A stretch of DNA of 64,000 nucleotides from Heteronotia binoei (Eukaryota), in contig NC_083228.1 in the NCBI RefSeq assembly GCF_032191835.1, forward strand, positions 114,452,001-114,516,000, given 5' to 3'. Position numbers and translations under genes: made by a program. Each line of letters begins with the position of its first letter. Position 1 is the first letter of the stretch. Shown here one piece after another: positions 59,556 through 64,000 of this stretch. Under the pieces are notes generated by a model, which had not been told where the DNA came from, searched no databases, and saw only the letters and a program-made list of their open reading frames with translations.

Positions 59556-59748
59556 GGGCTTTTTTTCAGCAGGAATGCACAGGAACACAGTTCTGGCCAG
59601 CTTGGTATCAGGGTGTGTGGTCTACTATGCAAATGAGTCCCTACTGGGATTTTTCCACAAAAAGCCCAGTTCAAATGGTGACATCAGGGGTGTGTGACCT
59701 AATATGCAAATGAGTTCCTGCTGGGCTTTTTCTACCAAAAAAGCCCTG
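59556..59748. mobile_element. Rearranged palindromic hAT-like MITE(s)
   Basis: CAGGGCTTTTTTT start, two TATGCAAATGAGT arms, AAAAAGCCCTG end; a related partial copy lies at 58943-59052. Confidence 0.7.
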
Positions 59749-60659
59749 ATAGGAAGTACATTGAACGTCTTGGTTGTACTAAATGATGATTATTGGGTTG
59801 GACCCCAGACAAAATCTGCACTGAATGAAGAATTTTGTTCAGCGAAGAAGGAATTCCCCTTCCTGACACAGTCCAAAAAGCTTCCTGTGATGCTGCTTCT
59901 GGCAACCCCAGGAACAGAATGACAGGGGGATCAGTGAAAATTGTCCCTCCTCCCTTCCTTCGGCAGAAATTTTCTGCTGGATCCAACTCACTGTGTCTGC
60001 TTTGCGGGAATAGCCCCGATTAAGAGCTTTGAGAGAGTTTCTGACTCTGAATTATATCAGATGATCTTAATGTCTGGTTTTATCTTGCTCAATCGGTTTT
60101 TCGTGCTCCTCATTTATTCTTCTGTGTGTACCGCATTAAAATATCCTTTCTCTTTCTTGTGTTTGCACCCTAGAGCTCTGGCACCACGTTTATAACAAAC
60201 CAATTAAAAATGAACTGCCTACAGATTGGCAATGTGACATATCATTTCCCTCCAGAATATTGCTCCATGCCCTATGGCAGGCCACAAAGCGTATCTCGCT
60301 GTGCAGTTCTTTGCTTTAATAATATGCCAAAACTTCACTAAGGAGTACATGTTTTGTGTTAGAGGGCTGTGTTAGTACATTTCTCTCTCTTTTAAACTGG
60401 AAGCTGGAGTTGCTACATTTTCTCCTGCAGCCTTTGTAAATCTTTCTTTTTGTCCAATAGTTCTCCCCCTTTGCCTCCATTCCTCTATAACCATTTTTGT
60501 GGCAACACTGTTGATTAATTGTATTATTATGATCTCTTTGAAAACCAAAAGGCCCTTTTGACAAAAAGAGGGAAATATTTGTTTAGAGCTAACCACAAAG
60601 AGCTAGGAGAGAGTGTAATGGATATTTTCTTAGTAATGTTACTGACTCCTTTTAGAACA

Positions 60660-60835
60660 GATGTTTTTTCTAGCAGGAGCTCCTCTGCATATTAGGCCAC
60701 GCACCCCTGATGTAGCCAATCATCCTGGATCTTACAGTAGGCCCTGTACTAAGAGTCCACAAAGCTCTTGGAGGATTGGCTACATCAGGGAGCCATGACC
60801 TAATATGCAGAGAAGCTCCTGCTAGAAAAACAACC
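60660..60835. mobile_element. Palindromic hAT-like MITE
   Basis: Same family as 993-1173. Confidence 0.75.
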
Positions 60836-60904
60836 TTTCCACATAGATGTCATGGAGGATATAACTAGACAATCCATAATCAGATTTCCTGATGCCTTTA
60901 ATTT

Positions 60905-61708
60905 AGGCTTCCCAACCCCCCCTGCCCTGGTGGGGGACCCCCAAATTTGCAGCCTCCTCCCCCGCTCTCCAAAAATCCGGAAGCGGGGGGGGGGGAGGAG
61001 AACATGCATGTAGGCATCATGTAGTTGTAGAGCTCCTGATCCGTTTGTAAAATGTGTGCCTTTAAGGCTGCGCAGGAAACAGGAAGGGCTTCATTGGAAA
61101 GGGTCAGTAATAGTTTCCATGGAGAACGGCCCCTCCCTTTCTTTTGCTTTCGTTTTAACAGCAGGTAGAGTTCTGCAGGAAGAAGATCTAGTAAGTATTT
61201 GTGTGTGAGAGAGAGGGAGGGGGCAGGGGATTCCCTGGTTTGGAGGCCCTCCCCCCCTTTAGAAAGCGTGGGGGGGGGAAATGTCTACTGGGCACTCTAT
61301 TATTCCCTATGGAGAACGATTCCCATAGGGAATAATAGGGAATTTATCTGTAGGTATTGGGGGCTCTGGGGGGCTATTTTTTGAGGTAGAGGCACCAAAT
61401 TTTTAGTATAGCATCTAGTGCCTCTCCCCAAAATACCCCCCAAGTTTCAAAACATTGCACCAGAGGGTCTAATTTTATGAGCCCCAAAAGATGGTGCCCC
61501 TATCCTTAATTATTTCCTATGGAAGAAAGGCATTTAAAAAGGTGTGCTGTCCCTTTAAATGTGATGGCCAGAATTCCCTTGGAGTTCAATTATGCTTGTC
61601 ACATCCTTGTTCCTGGCTCCACCCCCAATGTCTCCTGGCTCCACCCCCAAAGTCTCCTGGCTCCACCCCCAAAGCCCTTAGATTTTTCTTTAATTGGACT
61701 TGGCAACC
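60905..61708. mobile_element. Long (~800 bp) GGGTTGCC-TIR family element
   Basis: TA|GGCTTCCCAACC start, longer internal segment (61000-61260), ends TTGGCAACCC|TA. Confidence 0.75.
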
Positions 61709-62225
61709 CTACTTTAATTGTATTTAAAGCAGTTGTAAATATAGAGAGGGGTGAGAGGGGCTAGCTTTATTTACTGATGAGTTATGCCATCCACAGTCAG
61801 GCAGACTTTTATTATTGTAGATAAATATGGGTCATTGCAGCATAAATCCAAGAGCAGTGGTCTCCAACCTTTTCAATCCTGCAGGCACCATTGTAACTCT
61901 GACAAAGGATTGTGGGCATAACCATGTAATAGCCCTGTCACAAAAGATGGAGCCGACCACACAATGTCTGGAGTGAAATTACACATAACTCTAATAGTAA
62001 TGCTTCAACATTTCAGGCAGAAGCTCTGTTTAACAGAATTTTTTAAAAATATGAACATATTATTAAAAATTGTTGCATATACACACACACTTAAACAAGT
62101 GACTATCTTTGAGCTGTGTGGCAGCTGTTGCTAAAGCATGTTTTAAAAACTTTGCACAACCAATCAAATCTCCAGTGGCATTGCTAGGCAAAAGCCCACT
62201 TGCACCCATCCACTTTCTGAAAAAT

Positions 62226-62407
62226 CAGGGCTTTTTTTGCCGCAGGAACTCCTTTGCATATTAGGCCACACACCCCTTTTGTAGCCATTCCTCCAAAAGC
62301 TTACAGGACTCTTGGTACAGGGCCTACTGTAAGCTCCAGGAGGATTGGCTACATCAGGGGTGTGTGGCCTAATATGCAAAGGAGTTACTGCTTCAAAGAA
62401 AGCCCTG
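62226..62407. mobile_element. Palindromic hAT-like MITE
   Basis: CAGGGCTTTTTTT / AAAGCCCTG ends; partly matching flanks TGAAAAAT / CTGGAAAT. Confidence 0.8.
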
Positions 62408-63233
62408 CTGGAAATACTTGGCGGGTGCCAGGAAAGGTGTCAGGGGATGCCATGATGCCCTTGGACATTATGTTGGAGACATCTGTTCCAAGAGTTTACT
62501 TTTATGGATTCTGCTCAGAGCATGAAACCCAGATAAATACTTGGGGAGGGTTACAAGAACTTCACTGTACCTAGGCTGGTTGGTTGGAATAAGTTGTCTG
62601 CTCCTGGTGATCTCTCCTGCTTAGCTTCTGAGATGGGGCTATTCTGGGCCATCTAGGTCAGAGATATGGGTAGCACATAATCTAGCCAGGCTGAAAATAC
62701 TTTGATCAGTTGATAGGAAAGAGATAAGGTGAGAAAATAATATATATGCACTATTTTACAGAGGAAAGCATAAAACCCTTCTCCAGCTTGAGGACCCTTT
62801 TTCCAATTTAAGTGGAAGAGCCAATGATGTTCTAGGAACTTTCTTCTTATCCTAGAGGAACTTTCTTCAAGATAGGATATTTGCCAATGTCCACTGTGAC
62901 TTACTATGTTTTGTGTAGGCTGCTTGTAGGAAAAAAGGAGAGAATTAATTTGAGAATCTTGTTGATTCAAGAACACAGTAAAAAAGTTAATAGAATATTA
63001 ATTGCTGGATGTGAAGTTGGTGGTGTTCAGAGATAAAGTGCTACTTTCTGTGGATAAGGTTCTAAACGACTTGGACCTAGGACTGCTTCCTCTCATACTG
63101 TCCACCCCACCTTCTGTAGGCTTGCCACCCTCCAGGTGGTACATAGCGATCTCTCACTTTTACAATTGATCTCCCAGTGACCAAGTTTGCTTCCCCCGGA
63201 GAAAATGGCTGCTTTGGAAGGTAGAGTCTATGG

Positions 63234-63368
63234 CAGGGGTGGCCAACAGTAGCTCTCCAGATTTTTTTGCCTACAACTCCCATCAGCCCCAGCCATTGGC
63301 CATGCTGGCTGGGGCTGATGGGAGTTGTAGGCAAAAAACATCTGGAGAGCTACTGTTGGCCACCCCTG
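63234..63368. mobile_element. 135-bp near-perfect hairpin hAT MITE nested in another MITE (~63115-63478)
   Basis: TIRs CAGGGGTGGCCAAC / GTTGGCCACCCCTG; perfect 8-bp TSD GTCTATGG (63226-63233 / 63369-63376). Confidence 0.93.
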
Positions 63369-63479
63369 GTCTATGGTATTAGATCCTGCGGAGGTCCCTC
63401 CTCTCCCTAAACCCTGCCCTCTCCAGGTTCCACCTCTCCCCCAATCTTCAGATATCTCCCAACCCAGAGCTGGCAACCA

Positions 63480-63899
63480 TATCCTCCTGACAAGCCTGCT
63501 GGGCACTCCATTATTCCCTATGGAGACCAATTCCCATAGAGAATAATAGAGAATTGATCAGCGAGTATCTGGGGCTCTGGGGGGAGCTGCTTTTTGAGGT
63601 AGAGGCACCAAATTTGCAGCATAGCATCCAGTTCCTTTTCCCAAAATACCCTCCAAGTTTCAAAAGTATTGGACCAGGAAGTCCAATTCTGTGAGTCCCC
63701 AAAGAATGCACCCATATCCTTCATTATTTCCAATGGAGCGAAGGCATTTAAAAGGTGTGCAGTCCCTTTCAATGTGATGGGCCAGAACTTTTGGAGTTGA
63801 ATCATGTTTGGCACACCCGTGCTCCTGGCTCCACTCCCAAAGTCTCCTAGCTCTATCCCTAAAGTCCCCAGATATTTCTTGAATCCGACTTGGCAACTC
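63480..63899. mobile_element. GGGTTGCC-TIR MITE
   Basis: Same body as 17911-18364; ends CTTGGCAACTCTA. Confidence 0.75.
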
Positions 63900-64000
63900 T
63901 ACTTGTTAAGCATACATGAGTGACTTCCTTTCTGGGTTTCTTGAAGCTTGTTTGTCTACTGCTGAAGTGTGGGGGAGAGGTTTTGATATTCAGGTCACAT

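Noticed and set aside
1-64000. CRISPR array or prokaryote-style operon
   Set aside because: No regularly spaced repeat-spacer array and no gene-dense region; the sequence is vertebrate repeat-rich DNA.

Overview
Vertebrate non-coding DNA, most likely from a gecko (inferred from the SINE/LINE families present). It is roughly half transposon-derived and reads like intronic or intergenic sequence of a large locus. I could not recognise any host protein-coding exon; only unverified splice-site-bounded candidates exist. The main element is a near full-length RTE-clade LINE (33099-37178, + strand) with an APE endonuclease, a reverse transcriptase and a C-terminal C2H2-like finger, disabled by only one frameshift and one stop. 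Its exact 5' end folds into a complete HDV/CPEB3-like self-cleaving ribozyme: P1 G7/C7, P2, P3, an L3 loop UUCUCGCU, a single-pair P1.1, a minimal P4 and a CAGA J4/2. This is the best find in the window. Other content: a Penelope-type terminal repeat with a minimal hammerhead core (~55676-55714), a decayed hAT transposase, many hAT MITEs (several with 8-bp target-site duplications), an abundant TA-flanked GGGTTGCC-TIR MITE family, CR1, L2 and BovB-type fragments, tRNA- and 5S-derived SINEs, and several local duplications. One of these is a complex rearrangement at 38.3-39.35 kb, a 429-bp templated copy abutting a ~500-bp foldback. All calls come from reading the sequence by eye; no searches were run, repeat boundaries are approximate, and family names are from recalled consensus features.
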